Origin: Candidatus Bathyarchaeota archaeon | GTDB taxonomy: Archaea; Thermoproteota; Bathyarchaeia; Bathyarchaeales; Bathycorpusculaceae | DNA: 64,000 bases | Assembly (NCBI GenBank): GCA_963777155.1 | Contig: CAVZPM010000034.1 | Span: forward strand, 25,924 to 89,923 | Reading direction: 5' to 3' | Part shown: in pieces, positions 19,784-30,068 of the stretch | Numbering within the stretch: position 1 is the stretch's first letter | Layout: each line of letters begins with the position of its first letter | Notes under the pieces: model-generated | The model's database searches: none | Told to the model about the DNA's origin: nothing | Seen by the model: the letters and a program-made list of their open reading frames with translations, nothing else | Translations under genes and position numbers: made by a program

Positions 19784-21070
19784 CTATTCTTTTAAATTGT
19801 TGAGTGTGGTTATTGAAAATGGAACAAGCATTTCCTCTTCATGTAACCCACCATGCTGTCCAAGAAAACTAATTTTATTGTCCTCAGAGTTTTCAAACCA
19901 CACTGTCTCGTTTCCATATGGCAGAATCAACAAGTTTCCTGTTCTTTCAATAACCTCGTTGTTCGGAATGCCCAAACCAAACAAGCCTTTTTCTGCTGCT
20001 TCTTTAGTTTCAATGATTTGAGCTTTGTCGCCAATTTTTTGTATTAACCAATCCTTAGTCTCAGCAAGTTTCTCTTCCTTAATATGAAGAAAAAGTTCTC
20101 GGGGACCACCTATTGGCAAAATTGTTTTTCGATTTTTTCCAACCTGCAAGTTCAATATTGCCTTGGGTAAACAATTAAGGTAAGTTGTTTCTCTTGGATC
20201 AATGTTCAAACCTCCATGATCGGCAGTCAATAGAAGTAACGTTTCTTTGGCAGTTTTGGTGTCCAATTTTTGAACTAATTCTTTATCTAATAAGTGAGTT
20301 ATCGACGACAATTCTGAAGAATACTCGTAACTATCCGGCCCATATTCGTGTGCTATTGTGTCGAGAGTGTCTAGGTGTACAAAGAAATAGGCACTGTTGC
20401 CGCTGTTTTCTTCTAGATTTTTTCTAAGTCTAACAACGGAATCAGATGATTTTATTGATGGAATTATTTTGCTTCCTTGGAAAATTAATTTTGATAAAAC
20501 GTTGAAGGCATTCGATGTGTTTACATGTGTGAAGGTTTTGATGCCTTCTTGTTTTAAGGTGTTGTGAATGGTTTTGTCCTGCAGCAGGAGGATACTTGGG
20601 TCAAATCTTTCATCTATAAGTCTATCTTGTAATCTGGAACCTAAGCGTTCAAATTGTAATGCGTTAACTACTCCAATATCTTTCAGGTAGATGAAGTACT
20701 CGAAGAGACCGTGTTCCTGAGGGGTTAAACCTGTGTTTAGAGTAGTTAGTGCGTTTGTCGTTTGAGACGGGAAGACGCTTGTTAGGGAGTATACTTCCCC
20801 TTTGTCAGTGAGGTTGGATAAGAATTGATTTTCTTTGAGGTGATTTAGGAATTGTTTGAATCCAAATCCATCGATGACTAGAAGTATTACTTTGTTTATC
20901 CCTTCAGGAAGTGTTATGTTTTCAAGGGGCGGTCCAGTTTTTTCGTTTCTTGCTTCAAACAAGTTTAGTATCAGGTTTGGTATTTCTGAGATGCAGCTCT
21001 GACCGTATTGGGGGTAAACGAAATTGTCGTTGGTTCTTCTCTCTAGGGATTCAATTTGTTGGACTAACAT
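19784..21070 (-). CDS. Alkaline phosphatase superfamily nucleotide pyrophosphatase/phosphodiesterase
   Basis: IDGFG, SVFPSQT, DTIAHEYGP, TADHG, GQHGG motifs. Confidence 0.85.
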   Translation of the reverse strand: MLVQQIESLERRTNDNFVYPQYGQSCISEIPNLILNLFEARNEKTGPPLENITLPEGINKVILLVIDGFGFKQFLNHLKENQFLSNLTDKGEVYSLTSVFPSQTTNALTTLNTGLTPQEHGLFEYFIYLKDIGVVNALQFERLGSRLQDRLIDERFDPSILLLQDKTIHNTLKQEGIKTFTHVNTSNAFNVLSKLIFQGSKIIPSIKSSDSVVRLRKNLEENSGNSAYFFVHLDTLDTIAHEYGPDSYEYSSELSSITHLLDKELVQKLDTKTAKETLLLLTADHGGLNIDPRETTYLNCLPKAILNLQVGKNRKTILPIGGPRELFLHIKEEKLAETKDWLIQKIGDKAQIIETKEAAEKGLFGLGIPNNEVIERTGNLLILPYGNETVWFENSEDNKISFLGQHGGLHEEEMLVPFSITTLNNLKE

Positions 21071-21181
21071 TAGGTCGCCTTGAACGATGTATTATGCTTG
21101 TGGCAACTCTATTGCCGGTGCTCACTTTTCCTTCCAATTCTCTCTTTGCACTGCTTGTTTGATCCCTTGTAAAAGCATTTT

Positions 21182-21232
21182 CGTTAAGGTTTCTTGACTA
21201 AGTTCTACTTGGTTAGTCAAGGTTCCTTGACT
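21182..21232. promoter_or_regulatory. Tandem 18-bp palindromic operator sites (AGTCAAGG-TT-CCTTGACT type)
   Basis: CGTTAAGGTTTCTTGACT at 21182-21199 and AGTCAAGGTTCCTTGACT at 21215-21232, 33 bp apart; a third copy lies at 51630. Confidence 0.65.
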
Positions 21233-21312
21233 TAATCTACGTCGACAATGATTTGTTTTCGAGCCGCTTAAATATGCAACCTCTTATTTTCTAAACTACT
21301 GGAGACATAGCG

Positions 21313-22005
21313 TTGACTGAGAAACAAGAGTGGCAACACCTCTATATGCTATTAAAACTTGCTGAGATGGGTGCTTACAGGCGAGTTGCCAAAGTTTCAA
21401 CTGAGTACCTAGCGAAGAAGCTTGGGATTTCCCAGCAGACCGCGTCAAGGTACCTTATCGAGCTTGAGCGCAAGGACTGGATTCAACGCAATATAACTCC
21501 AGAAGGAAGTTTAATCAAAATCGAGGAGTCAGGAAGTAAAGAACTGCAAAAACTATATTCAGAACTTAAGCTTCTGATAGAGAAAACTTATCCACCCTCG
21601 GTAACTTTGGAAGGTATTGTATTCACGGGTTTAGGCGAAGGAGCCTACTACGTGACAAAGGAACATTATAGACAACAGATTGTTGAGAAATTGGGTTTTG
21701 AACCCTACCCCGGCACACTCAATGTGAAACTGTCCTCGGACTATGATATAAAGACCCGTATGGAACTCGACGCCTACCCCGCCATCGAAGTTAGAGGTTT
21801 TAAGAACGAAGACCGAACCTTTGGTTTAGTGAAATGTTACCCCGCTATAATTGGTGGCATTGTTAAGGGTGCCCTAATAACGGCATTGCGGAGCCATTAT
21901 GATGCCTCAGTTCTAGAAATTATTGCGCCTGTTTGCCTGAGAAAGCAGCTTGGACTCAAAGACGGCAACAAAGTAAAAGTAGAAGTCCACACTCAATCCA
22001 GCTAA
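21313..22005 (+). CDS. ribK: CTP-dependent riboflavin kinase with N-terminal HTH (RbkR)
   Basis: LAKKLGISQQTASR wHTH; TGLGEGAYY, PYPGTLNV, LEIIAPVCLR kinase motifs. Confidence 0.92.
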   Translation: MTEKQEWQHLYMLLKLAEMGAYRRVAKVSTEYLAKKLGISQQTASRYLIELERKDWIQRNITPEGSLIKIEESGSKELQKLYSELKLLIEKTYPPSVTLEGIVFTGLGEGAYYVTKEHYRQQIVEKLGFEPYPGTLNVKLSSDYDIKTRMELDAYPAIEVRGFKNEDRTFGLVKCYPAIIGGIVKGALITALRSHYDASVLEIIAPVCLRKQLGLKDGNKVKVEVHTQSS

Positions 22006-22647
22006 AATGGCATGGCAGGCGAATACGGATGTTTACGTTCAGTATAGTCTATTTTTCGTCTGGTAGCAAGCAAGTATCCGAGAAATAGTCCGAAAACCTA
22101 AGCCGCCTAGATGCGCTACAATGTTTACACCTTCTCCAGTGTTTATGAAAAACAGGAAGAATGCGTATACCAGCGCTCCAAGAATAGATTGCCTGACTGA
22201 GCGTCTGGCATATATTACACATGCACCAAACATGGAGAAGATAGCGCCTGAAGCTCCAACTGAGATGAATAATGGATCAAATATTACCAATGAAAGAATA
22301 TTGCCCACCAAACCGCCAACAAGATAGATAGAGAGGTATTCTGGAAGAGAAAACATTTCTTCGCCGCGTAAACCAAAAATCAATAGGAAGAGCATGTTGC
22401 CCACCAAGTGAATTATGGTGGCGTGGACGAAAATTGAGCTCAAGAGTTGCCAGTAGGCGCCTTCAAACAGAATTTTGCCGTTGACTTGTCCCCATTGGAA
22501 GACTATGCTGTCAGGTGTAGTTAACGCGTTGCCACCAATGATTGCACCGTAGATGTAGATAGCTACGTTTAAGCCGATTAGAATGTATGTTGGTTTGTAT
22601 TTCTCGCAACCCATAAGCCTGCAACCGTCATTTGCCGAGTTTGTCAA
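22002..22647 (-). CDS. Rhomboid intramembrane serine protease (C-terminal frameshift near 22092)
   Basis: HLVGNM, GASGAIF, AHLGG; the shifted frame gives GLFLGYLLATRRK...PAMPF* ending at 22002. Start probably ATG near 22615. Confidence 0.85.
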
Positions 22648-23089
22648 CTATTTTCTGTTTAATTTTAGATGAGCTATCTAAAGCATTCTCACCATACTTG
22701 CCAATTCGTACGACCATAACTGGCAGTTTATGGGCTTCAATATACTCTTTAACTTCCCGCTCCATCTCCGCTTGGTCATAGCCCAAGGCGATAAAATCTG
22801 GTTTGATTTTCTCGATTACTTCGCCGATTTCGAGTCCTTCATACCCAAGAACTGCTTCGTTAACCACTCTGAGCGACTCCACCAGCGTACAACGTTGATC
22901 TTCACTCATAATTGGCTTTCTGCCCTTAGTCTTCTCGACAGTGCTATCTCGTGCAATAATGACTATGAGCTTTGCATTTTTTCCACCAGCTTTCTTGGCG
23001 TCCTCCAAAAATCTCACGTGACCAAGATGAAGCAGGTCAAACACTCCTGAAGCTAAGACTACTTTTTGTTTTCTTGTTTTGTTGGCCAT
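22628..23089 (-). CDS. ribL: FAD synthase (archaeal cytidylyltransferase-family)
   Basis: GVFDLLHLGH, ARDSTV, LGYDQ, SSSKIK; near ribK. Confidence 0.85.
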   Translation of the reverse strand: MANKTRKQKVVLASGVFDLLHLGHVRFLEDAKKAGGKNAKLIVIIARDSTVEKTKGRKPIMSEDQRCTLVESLRVVNEAVLGYEGLEIGEVIEKIKPDFIALGYDQAEMEREVKEYIEAHKLPVMVVRIGKYGENALDSSSKIKQKIVDKLGK

Positions 23090-23334
23090 TCAAAGTTCAC
23101 TGCGCCGATTAATCTTAAAGCGTCAAGTATGCCTTCACAATAGGCAACGCTGGTTAAGCTGGTTTCAAGCTTACCCTGCGCCTTATAATATTTTGCATCC
23201 TCCAAGTAGTCATTTGCATAACTCAAAACAGCAGTCACCGTCTCTTCATTTAGGTTGATGGGCATTTGTGGTCGTCTAAGTTCGCTACAGACTTTTTCAG
23301 CCATCGAAATGTACTTGGTAGCAAGTTCTTCCAA
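23059..23334 (-). CDS. DUF357 domain protein
   Basis: YLEDAKYY...SVAYCEGILDALRLIG; typical neighbour of dph5. Confidence 0.85.
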   Translation of the reverse strand: MEELATKYISMAEKVCSELRRPQMPINLNEETVTAVLSYANDYLEDAKYYKAQGKLETSLTSVAYCEGILDALRLIGAVNFEWPTKQENKK

Positions 23335-23336
23335 GC

Positions 23337-24134
23337 TTATTTGATAAGCCTCCTAAACGTGGTTGGAGCGCCCCCAAACGCCATCAAAGCTTCAACCTCC
23401 ATAAAATGTAGCTCCCCCGGTATGATAAGACTGTAGGGGGGCTTACCAAAATCAAAGTTCTCCAAGTCCTTAACAAAGTCTGCTTTAAGCGTTGGATTGC
23501 TGTTTCCCGCACGAGCTATACCAACTGCAACTGTGTCGGGAGTGACAACACCAAGTTTCCTTTCTTGCTCGACCTCAATCAGCATTCTTAGAGCTTGGTT
23601 GATAGATAAGTACTGGTTTTCATTCGCTTTCAAATCTAAAAGACAAAGGGTGTGCAAACCAATCTGTTTGTTTTGGGCAATCACTTGGTAGGGTGTTTCG
23701 GAAAAGTTCTCGGAGAAGGGTACAGTAACGGTTTTACCGAACTTGTAGTTGTGCAAACCTGAGAGACTGACGATAGCCGATATGATCGATATGCCGTGGA
23801 TTATACGGGTTTTTATTCCCTGTTTTTCAGCGTCGATTCTTAATGTGACATGGGTTGTTGCTATGAAGGGATCCCCAGGAACCAAAAATACAGTTTTGCC
23901 TTTTTTTGCGGCTTCAAGGATAGTCTTGCCATTTTCATCCTCAAGCGTCTGCCTGTTGACTAAACGCACATTTTTGCCACATAGCGCCTCAAACCGTTCC
24001 AGGCTAAAGTCTGGCATGTGACTAGTGTAATTTTCCATGAAAACCGAGTCGGCGCTCTTGATTTCTTCCAAACCCTTGATGGTAATGCCTTGTTCGTCGT
24101 TTAATCCTAAACCTATGAAGACAAGTTCATTCAA
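23337..24134 (-). CDS. dph5: Diphthine synthase
   Basis: FIGLGL, ENYTS, GDPFIATTH, YKFGKTVT, HTLCLLD. Confidence 0.95.
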   Translation of the reverse strand: MNELVFIGLGLNDEQGITIKGLEEIKSADSVFMENYTSHMPDFSLERFEALCGKNVRLVNRQTLEDENGKTILEAAKKGKTVFLVPGDPFIATTHVTLRIDAEKQGIKTRIIHGISIISAIVSLSGLHNYKFGKTVTVPFSENFSETPYQVIAQNKQIGLHTLCLLDLKANENQYLSINQALRMLIEVEQERKLGVVTPDTVAVGIARAGNSNPTLKADFVKDLENFDFGKPPYSLIIPGELHFMEVEALMAFGGAPTTFRRLIK

Positions 24135-24176
24135 CTGTGAAACCTTACAAAGTAATTTAGCGGTTAAAACTTAAAG

Positions 24177-24395
24177 CTATTTTTCTTTGATTTCGCCTTT
24201 GCTAATCAACTTTTCATAATAAACTCGGCAAGTCTTCATTGAAATGCCTGTGCGTTCACAAAAAAATGCTAATGTTTTCTCGACTGGTTGTTTGGGGTCT
24301 TTTTTCTGGATTGTTTCTTTGAGTTCCTCAATCATGTGTTTATCTGTTTTATCGCTCATTTGCATCATCCTTGAGTTAAATTCACCTATTACCAT
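24177..24395 (-). CDS. Small hypothetical protein (possible HTH)
   Basis: Fills the intergenic space in the same orientation as dph5; no recognised motif. Confidence 0.5.
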   Translation of the reverse strand: MVIGEFNSRMMQMSDKTDKHMIEELKETIQKKDPKQPVEKTLAFFCERTGISMKTCRVYYEKLISKGEIKEK

Positions 24396-24519
24396 TGTTT
24401 TGCTTTCTCAAAAACCCTTTTGCTTGAATACCGATTTGGATGGAACATCCAACCAAACATTTATATGATTTACGTTAAAAAGAAACCATACATTTAGCGG
24501 CTTAGCTGAAGGAAAAACC

Positions 24520-25651
24520 ATGAAGCCCATCGAAAGTCTAGTTCGGGACAACGTTAAGAACCTAAAGCCCTGCGTTCACGGTGCAGAAGTTTTAGGTGCC
24601 GCAGAGGAAAGTGGGCTTTTCCCGCAGGACATTCTGGATTTTAGTTCAAGTGTGAATCCGCTGGGGCCGTCAAAGCGTGGCGCTTGATGCTGCAAAAGTT
24701 GCCTTCAGCCAAATCGCAGCTTATCCAGACTCGAATTCTAATGAACTTAGACAAGTCATCGCAAGTCACTTTGGTATAAAAAAAGAAAATATTGTCGTGG
24801 GAAATGGCTCCACTGAATTAATGTATTTGTTTGCGGAGGTTTTCATGAGGAAGGGCGACAGGGCGGTTATGCCGGCGCCAACATTTGGCGAATACGCGAG
24901 CGCGGTTTGCAAGACTGGCGAGTCAATAAAATTTGTTAAGCTAGGAAAAGCTTTCACTATTGAGCCTGAATCGTTCAAAAGGGATATTATTGGCGCCAAA
25001 CTTGTTTTCTTATGCAACCCAAACAACCCAACTAGCATGCTTATTTCACAGGAAACCCTAAAAGACATTATCGAGACATCGCTGGCCCAGAATACGCTTG
25101 TTTTCCTCGATGAAGACTTCTTGGAATTTGTCGAAGACGAAAAATCGCTTTCGATGATTAACAAAATCGACAAATACCCCAACTTGTTTGTGCTGAGATC
25201 TTTTACGAAGATTTATGGCTTAACAGGTTTACGGGTTGGCTACGGGATCGCTAACCCAGAAATAATCAATTTTCTCTCTAGCGCCAAGATTCCTTGGAAC
25301 GTGAACTGCATAGCACAAGCCGCTGCGGTTGCTGCACTAAAGGATGAGCGACATCTACAGGTTACGCTTGAACTTATAAGGAAAGAGAAAGAGTGGTTGA
25401 TGGGGGAATTTGGCAAATTTGGTGGATTCAAGTTTACTATGCCTGACGCCAACTTCTTTTTCATAGACGTTCGTAAGTCAGGCTTCAAGGCAGCCAAGCT
25501 AAAGAGCGAAATGCTAAAGCAGGGTATTTTGATTCGCGATTGCACCTCATTTAAGGGGCTCGATGAGTTTTATATTAGAGTTGCAGTTAAGACGCACCAG
25601 GAAAATGAGAAAATGCTTAGTGCTTTCAAGCGGATATTAGAAGCGGTTTGA
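24520..25651 (+). CDS. cobD: Threonine-phosphate decarboxylase CobD / class I-II PLP aminotransferase (frameshift near 24675)
   Basis: ATG 24520 MKPIESLV...VHG...LDFSSSVNPLGPS joins an ORF with GNGSTE, NPNNPT, RSFTKIYGLTGLRVG; directly upstream of cbiB. Confidence 0.8.
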
Positions 25652-25661
25652 GTCGTGACCC

Positions 25662-26633
25662 ATGTTTTGGTTTGACCTTTCTTGGTTTGTCGATTCCGCG
25701 CTTATCTTCATACTAGCTTTCCTAATTGACATCGCGTTTGGCGAATACCCTGACAAGATTCACCCTACAATCGGCATCGGAAAGATCATAGGATACTTGA
25801 AGCGCAAAGCCAAAAACCCAAATCCAAAGGTAGAAAAAACGAACGGCGTCTTAATGGCGCTGTTCATCATGCTAGTTGTTGCACTCCCCGTTTTCGCACT
25901 GCTTTATTGGCTAAGAACTTTTCCATTCGGTGAAATCATCTACATCATCGTGGGAGCAATCCTATTCAAAGCAACCTTCGCCATAACAGGCATGGGGCAA
26001 TACACCAAACCCATCGCCGAAGCGCTAAAGAAGAAAGATTTGACTGAAGCTCGACAATGGTTACCCTACATTGTTCGACGTGACCCAAACACGCTAAACG
26101 AACGCCAAATTATTTCTGCAGCTGTCGAATCTATCGCGGAAAGCACCACAGATGGGATTACTGCGCCGTTTTTCTTTTTTGCGTTGTTTGGGGTTCCAGG
26201 TGCTTTTGTGTACCGTGTGATTAACACGTTGGATTCGATGGTAGGCTACAAGAATGCGGAATACAAGAATATTGGCTGGTTCTCCGCGAATCTTGACACA
26301 ATCGCCAACTACTTCCCTGCACGTGCAACAGCTTACCTTATGGTAATAGCAGCTTTCCTGTCAAATGAGGATTGGCGGGAATCATATCGTATTCTTCAAC
26401 GTGATAAGCATAAAACGGCAAGCCCAAACGCTGGCTACACAATCTCAGCTATGGCAGGTGCACTAAATATTCAACTAGAAAAACAAGGCTACTACACATT
26501 GGGCGACGATCACGGCATTTCAGCGGAGCATATTCCGAGATCTCTGCGGGTTATGACTTTGACTGCCGCATTATTTGGGCTAATTGTGGTAGTGCCTATT
26601 CTGGCACTTAGAGTTTACATTATAGGACTTTGA
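25662..26633 (+). CDS. cbiB: Adenosylcobinamide-phosphate synthase CbiB
   Basis: HPTIGIG, ESIAESTTDG, YRVINTLDSMVGY, SPNAG. Confidence 0.92.
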   Translation: MFWFDLSWFVDSALIFILAFLIDIAFGEYPDKIHPTIGIGKIIGYLKRKAKNPNPKVEKTNGVLMALFIMLVVALPVFALLYWLRTFPFGEIIYIIVGAILFKATFAITGMGQYTKPIAEALKKKDLTEARQWLPYIVRRDPNTLNERQIISAAVESIAESTTDGITAPFFFFALFGVPGAFVYRVINTLDSMVGYKNAEYKNIGWFSANLDTIANYFPARATAYLMVIAAFLSNEDWRESYRILQRDKHKTASPNAGYTISAMAGALNIQLEKQGYYTLGDDHGISAEHIPRSLRVMTLTAALFGLIVVVPILALRVYIIGL

Positions 26634-26776
26634 AAACAGACTTCAAGTATGTTTGGTTCTGGTGTCTTCTTTTTGTGCTGAAAACGATATAGATGGACGA
26701 TCATTATCTTAAAGGGGGTGGGACCCTTTTTGCGTGATAATGTTTAAATCTCTATTGAAGACTAAAAGAGAAAATC

Positions 26777-27466
26777 ATGAGTAAGTCAAGCGGCAGTATA
26801 ACTAAACAAGCAGTTGTCGGCTTAATCGCGCTTGCTGTCGTTATGTGGCTTGCATTATTTTTGCCTTCATGGACACTTAGTTATTGGCAGGGCTGGCTCT
26901 ATTGGGTAGTCTTCACCGCAAGTATCTCTGTAATTTCAGCGTATTTCCTTAAAAAAGACCTAACACTGATTGCCAACCGATTAAAAGCAGGACCCATGGC
27001 AGAAAAAGAGAAAAGCCAACAGATCACCCAGGCGTTTTTAGCGGTCTTTTTCATTCTGCTGCTTCTTTTTCCGCCACTTGATTTTCACTTCCATTGGTCA
27101 AACGTCCCCTTGTTGGTGGTTTTAGTTGCAGATGTTTTTGTTGTGCTTGGGTTAGCAGTGGTTTTTCTTGTTTTTAGAGAAAACAGTTTCACATCAGCAG
27201 TAATCGAAGTCAACACTGGACAAAACGTAATTTCAACCGGTCCCTACAGAGTTGTTCGCCATCCAATGTACACAGGCGCTCTGCTAATGCTATTCTTTAC
27301 TCCCTTGGCGTTAGGTTCATTCTTAGGACTGCTCTTTTTCTTTCCAATACTCGTAGTAATCGTTTTTAGGATAGTGAAAGAAGAAAAATTTCTGACAAAA
27401 AACCTTTCAGGTTATCGGGAATACACCAAAAAGACCCATTACCGCCTAATACCTTTTATCTGGTAA
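26777..27466 (+). CDS. Isoprenylcysteine carboxyl methyltransferase family membrane protein
   Basis: ENSF, TGPYRVVRHPMY, EEKFL...YRLIPFIW. Confidence 0.85.
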   Translation: MSKSSGSITKQAVVGLIALAVVMWLALFLPSWTLSYWQGWLYWVVFTASISVISAYFLKKDLTLIANRLKAGPMAEKEKSQQITQAFLAVFFILLLLFPPLDFHFHWSNVPLLVVLVADVFVVLGLAVVFLVFRENSFTSAVIEVNTGQNVISTGPYRVVRHPMYTGALLMLFFTPLALGSFLGLLFFFPILVVIVFRIVKEEKFLTKNLSGYREYTKKTHYRLIPFIW

Positions 27467-27536
27467 AACCAGCTTGATTGTATGGTTTTTATTTGGGCTT
27501 GGCATCAATTATAAGCACACAGAGAGGAACGTTGGT

Positions 27537-28712
27537 TTGAACGGGAAACCGCTTGTCAGTATTATCAGCGCGGGCATGTCCAAATTCGGAAAACACGAAG
27601 GCTTGCTTGCAAGGGAAATCTTCGGTGAAGCCGCCAGTGAAGCGTTTAGCCGCTGTCCCAAACTGAACCCAAAACGGGACATAAAAGCAATGTTTATTGG
27701 ACATATGGGTGAAGCTTATGAACATCAAGGACACACTGGAAGCACCCTTGCCGATTGGACAGGACTTACCGGTATCCCGGCTACGCGAACAGAGGCGGCT
27801 TGCGCTTCTTCAGGGGCTGCTTTACGGGTGGGTATTTATGCAACAATGTCCGGGTTAGCCGATGTGGTTTTAGTCGGAGGCGTCGAGAAGATGACTCATC
27901 GTACAACCGCTGAAGTCACAGAATACTTGGCCATGGCATCTGACTACCCTTTTGAACAGTTCCATGGCATCACTTTTCCTGGGCTGTTCGCGTTGATGGC
28001 AACGGCTCATATGAATACTTATGGCACCACTGAACAACAAATTGCTTTGGCGGCAGTAAAGAACCATTACCATGGAAGCCTCAATCCAAAAGCACACATG
28101 CAAAAGGAAATTACCCTTGAAACGGTAATGGCTTCCCGCTATGTTGCTTGGCCTCTAAAACTCTATGACTGTTCGCTGATAACCGATGGTGCAAGTTGTA
28201 TAATCTTGACTAAACCTGAGCTCGCAAGCAAATACACCGACCAACCGGTTCACATCGTTGGCAGCGGACAAACCAGCGACACTATCGGGTTATACGAACG
28301 TAAGAGCTTTACATCTCTAAACGCCACAAAACTGGCGGCAAAAACAGCTTACGAAATGGCGCAAATTACCCCCAAACAGGTAAACTTTGCTGAAGTTCAT
28401 GATTGTTTCACTTTCGCCGAACTTATGGCATATGAGGACCTTAACTTTTGCAAGCCTGGTGAAAGCGGAAAACTTATCGAAAGCGGTGAGACAAGGCTTG
28501 GTGGAGAAATCCCGATCAACACAAGCGGCGGATTGAAGGCTAAAGGGCATCCAGTTGGGGCAACGGGAACCGCTCAAGCATACGAAATGTATTTACAACT
28601 CACTGGGCAAGCTGGTAAACGGCAGGTAAAGGACGCCAAAGTAGGTTTAACCCATAATGTGGGTGGTTCAGGCGCAACCGCAGCCGTTCACATTTTCAGG
28701 AGTGCACAATAA
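27537..28712 (+). CDS. Thiolase family protein (acetyl-CoA acetyltransferase)
   Basis: EAACASS, GVEKM, EVHDCFT, SGGLKAKGHPVGATG, HNVGG; TTG start at 27537 preferred. Confidence 0.9.
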   Translation: MNGKPLVSIISAGMSKFGKHEGLLAREIFGEAASEAFSRCPKLNPKRDIKAMFIGHMGEAYEHQGHTGSTLADWTGLTGIPATRTEAACASSGAALRVGIYATMSGLADVVLVGGVEKMTHRTTAEVTEYLAMASDYPFEQFHGITFPGLFALMATAHMNTYGTTEQQIALAAVKNHYHGSLNPKAHMQKEITLETVMASRYVAWPLKLYDCSLITDGASCIILTKPELASKYTDQPVHIVGSGQTSDTIGLYERKSFTSLNATKLAAKTAYEMAQITPKQVNFAEVHDCFTFAELMAYEDLNFCKPGESGKLIESGETRLGGEIPINTSGGLKAKGHPVGATGTAQAYEMYLQLTGQAGKRQVKDAKVGLTHNVGGSGATAAVHIFRSAQ

Positions 28713-29110
28713 TGAGTACACAGTTACCGTTCACCATCGAGCAGTTTTACAAGTTTTTGAACCAACAAAAGCTCATGGCTGGAAAATGCCTAAAATGTGG
28801 AAAAATCCACTTGCCACCTCGACCCTTATGTGACAATTGTTTCTCCAGAGACTTTGAGTGGGTTAATGTTTCAGGTAAGGGTAAACTGCTTACCTATACA
28901 GTTATCCACATTGCTCCTGCCCAGTTTCAAGCGTTGACACCCTATGCTGTTGGTATCGTGCAATTCGAAAATGGCCTTAAAATCCCAGGTATGATACAAA
29001 GCGTAAAACAAGAGCAGATAAAAATTGGCATGGAGTTAACTTTGGATTTCGGTACATGCAACACAACACAACAGTGGCCCCGGTGGCAAAGATACTGCTT
29101 CAAACCCTAA
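28712..29110 (+). CDS. DUF35 Zn-ribbon/OB-fold thiolase partner
   Basis: KCLKCG...PPRPLCDNC, GKGKLLTYTVI; translationally coupled to the thiolase. Confidence 0.9.
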   Translation: MSTQLPFTIEQFYKFLNQQKLMAGKCLKCGKIHLPPRPLCDNCFSRDFEWVNVSGKGKLLTYTVIHIAPAQFQALTPYAVGIVQFENGLKIPGMIQSVKQEQIKIGMELTLDFGTCNTTQQWPRWQRYCFKP

Positions 29111-29288
29111 CAAAAAAACCAGACGGTTTCCGCCACGATTGGAAAAGAGTCTTTTAATTTTTTGGAAGCAAGGGTGAACAAATTCAAATCGCGTTGAGTG
29201 ATACTCACTACCAACTTCATGCTTGCTTTGCATATTTTATGCATTTTGGTAAACAAAAGATCATGTTAGTATTTGTCACAAAGACTTA

Positions 29289-29951
29289 TTGGTTATCAGA
29301 CAACTAATTTTAAAGGAGCAGCTGAAGAATTTGAATGAAAAACCTAAGGTCTGTCTAGTTTCCTGTAGTGTCCTCAGAGACGAACTTGAACATCTAGTTA
29401 AGCAAGGCAAACTTGATGCAGAATTGGTTTTTGTAAGCAAATTCTTCCACATTGACTATGTGATGCTGGAGAACAATCTGCGTAAAGTTCTAGAGCAAAC
29501 CATAAAAAGATTCGAGGGCAAGGTGGTGCTGGTTTACGGCGACTTGTGCCTCGGGCAAGATAACGAGATGAAAAAACTCGCCCTTGATTATGGCATAGTG
29601 AAAGTTGACGCTGTAAACTGTATCGATTGCCAATTGGGCGGCAAAGGCAAATTTTTCGAAGTCGACCCTGAACACAACTTGATGTTTATGGGTCCAGGTA
29701 TGATAGGCTTTTTCAAGCATGCGAAAGAACAAATGTTAAAAGAAGGTGTTGACGAGACAGCGTTTGCTGGCATGTTCAATGGCATCAAAGGCGCAGTAAT
29801 CTTGGATACCTGCGGTAACGCGGAAAAATGTCGAGAAGACATGCAGAATTCAGGGATGAATCTGAAGATTCTTGAAGTAAGAAAAATCGGCTTAGAGAAT
29901 GTTCAGCAGGTAATCTCGGATGCAATTGACAAAGCCTGCAGAATCACATGA
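29289..29951 (+). CDS. DUF1638 domain protein
   Basis: SCSVLRDE, VLVYGDLC, NCIDCQLGG. Confidence 0.75.
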   Translation: MVIRQLILKEQLKNLNEKPKVCLVSCSVLRDELEHLVKQGKLDAELVFVSKFFHIDYVMLENNLRKVLEQTIKRFEGKVVLVYGDLCLGQDNEMKKLALDYGIVKVDAVNCIDCQLGGKGKFFEVDPEHNLMFMGPGMIGFFKHAKEQMLKEGVDETAFAGMFNGIKGAVILDTCGNAEKCREDMQNSGMNLKILEVRKIGLENVQQVISDAIDKACRIT

Positions 29952-30068
29952 TGCTTTTAACCATGGAAATCTGGCCATACTGTTTGTTTGAGCCCCTGTA
30001 AAAATACCGTAAGTATTAAAGAACCTTCCATACAATAGTGCTAAACTATCTCTTGCAGGTGCCTTTAC

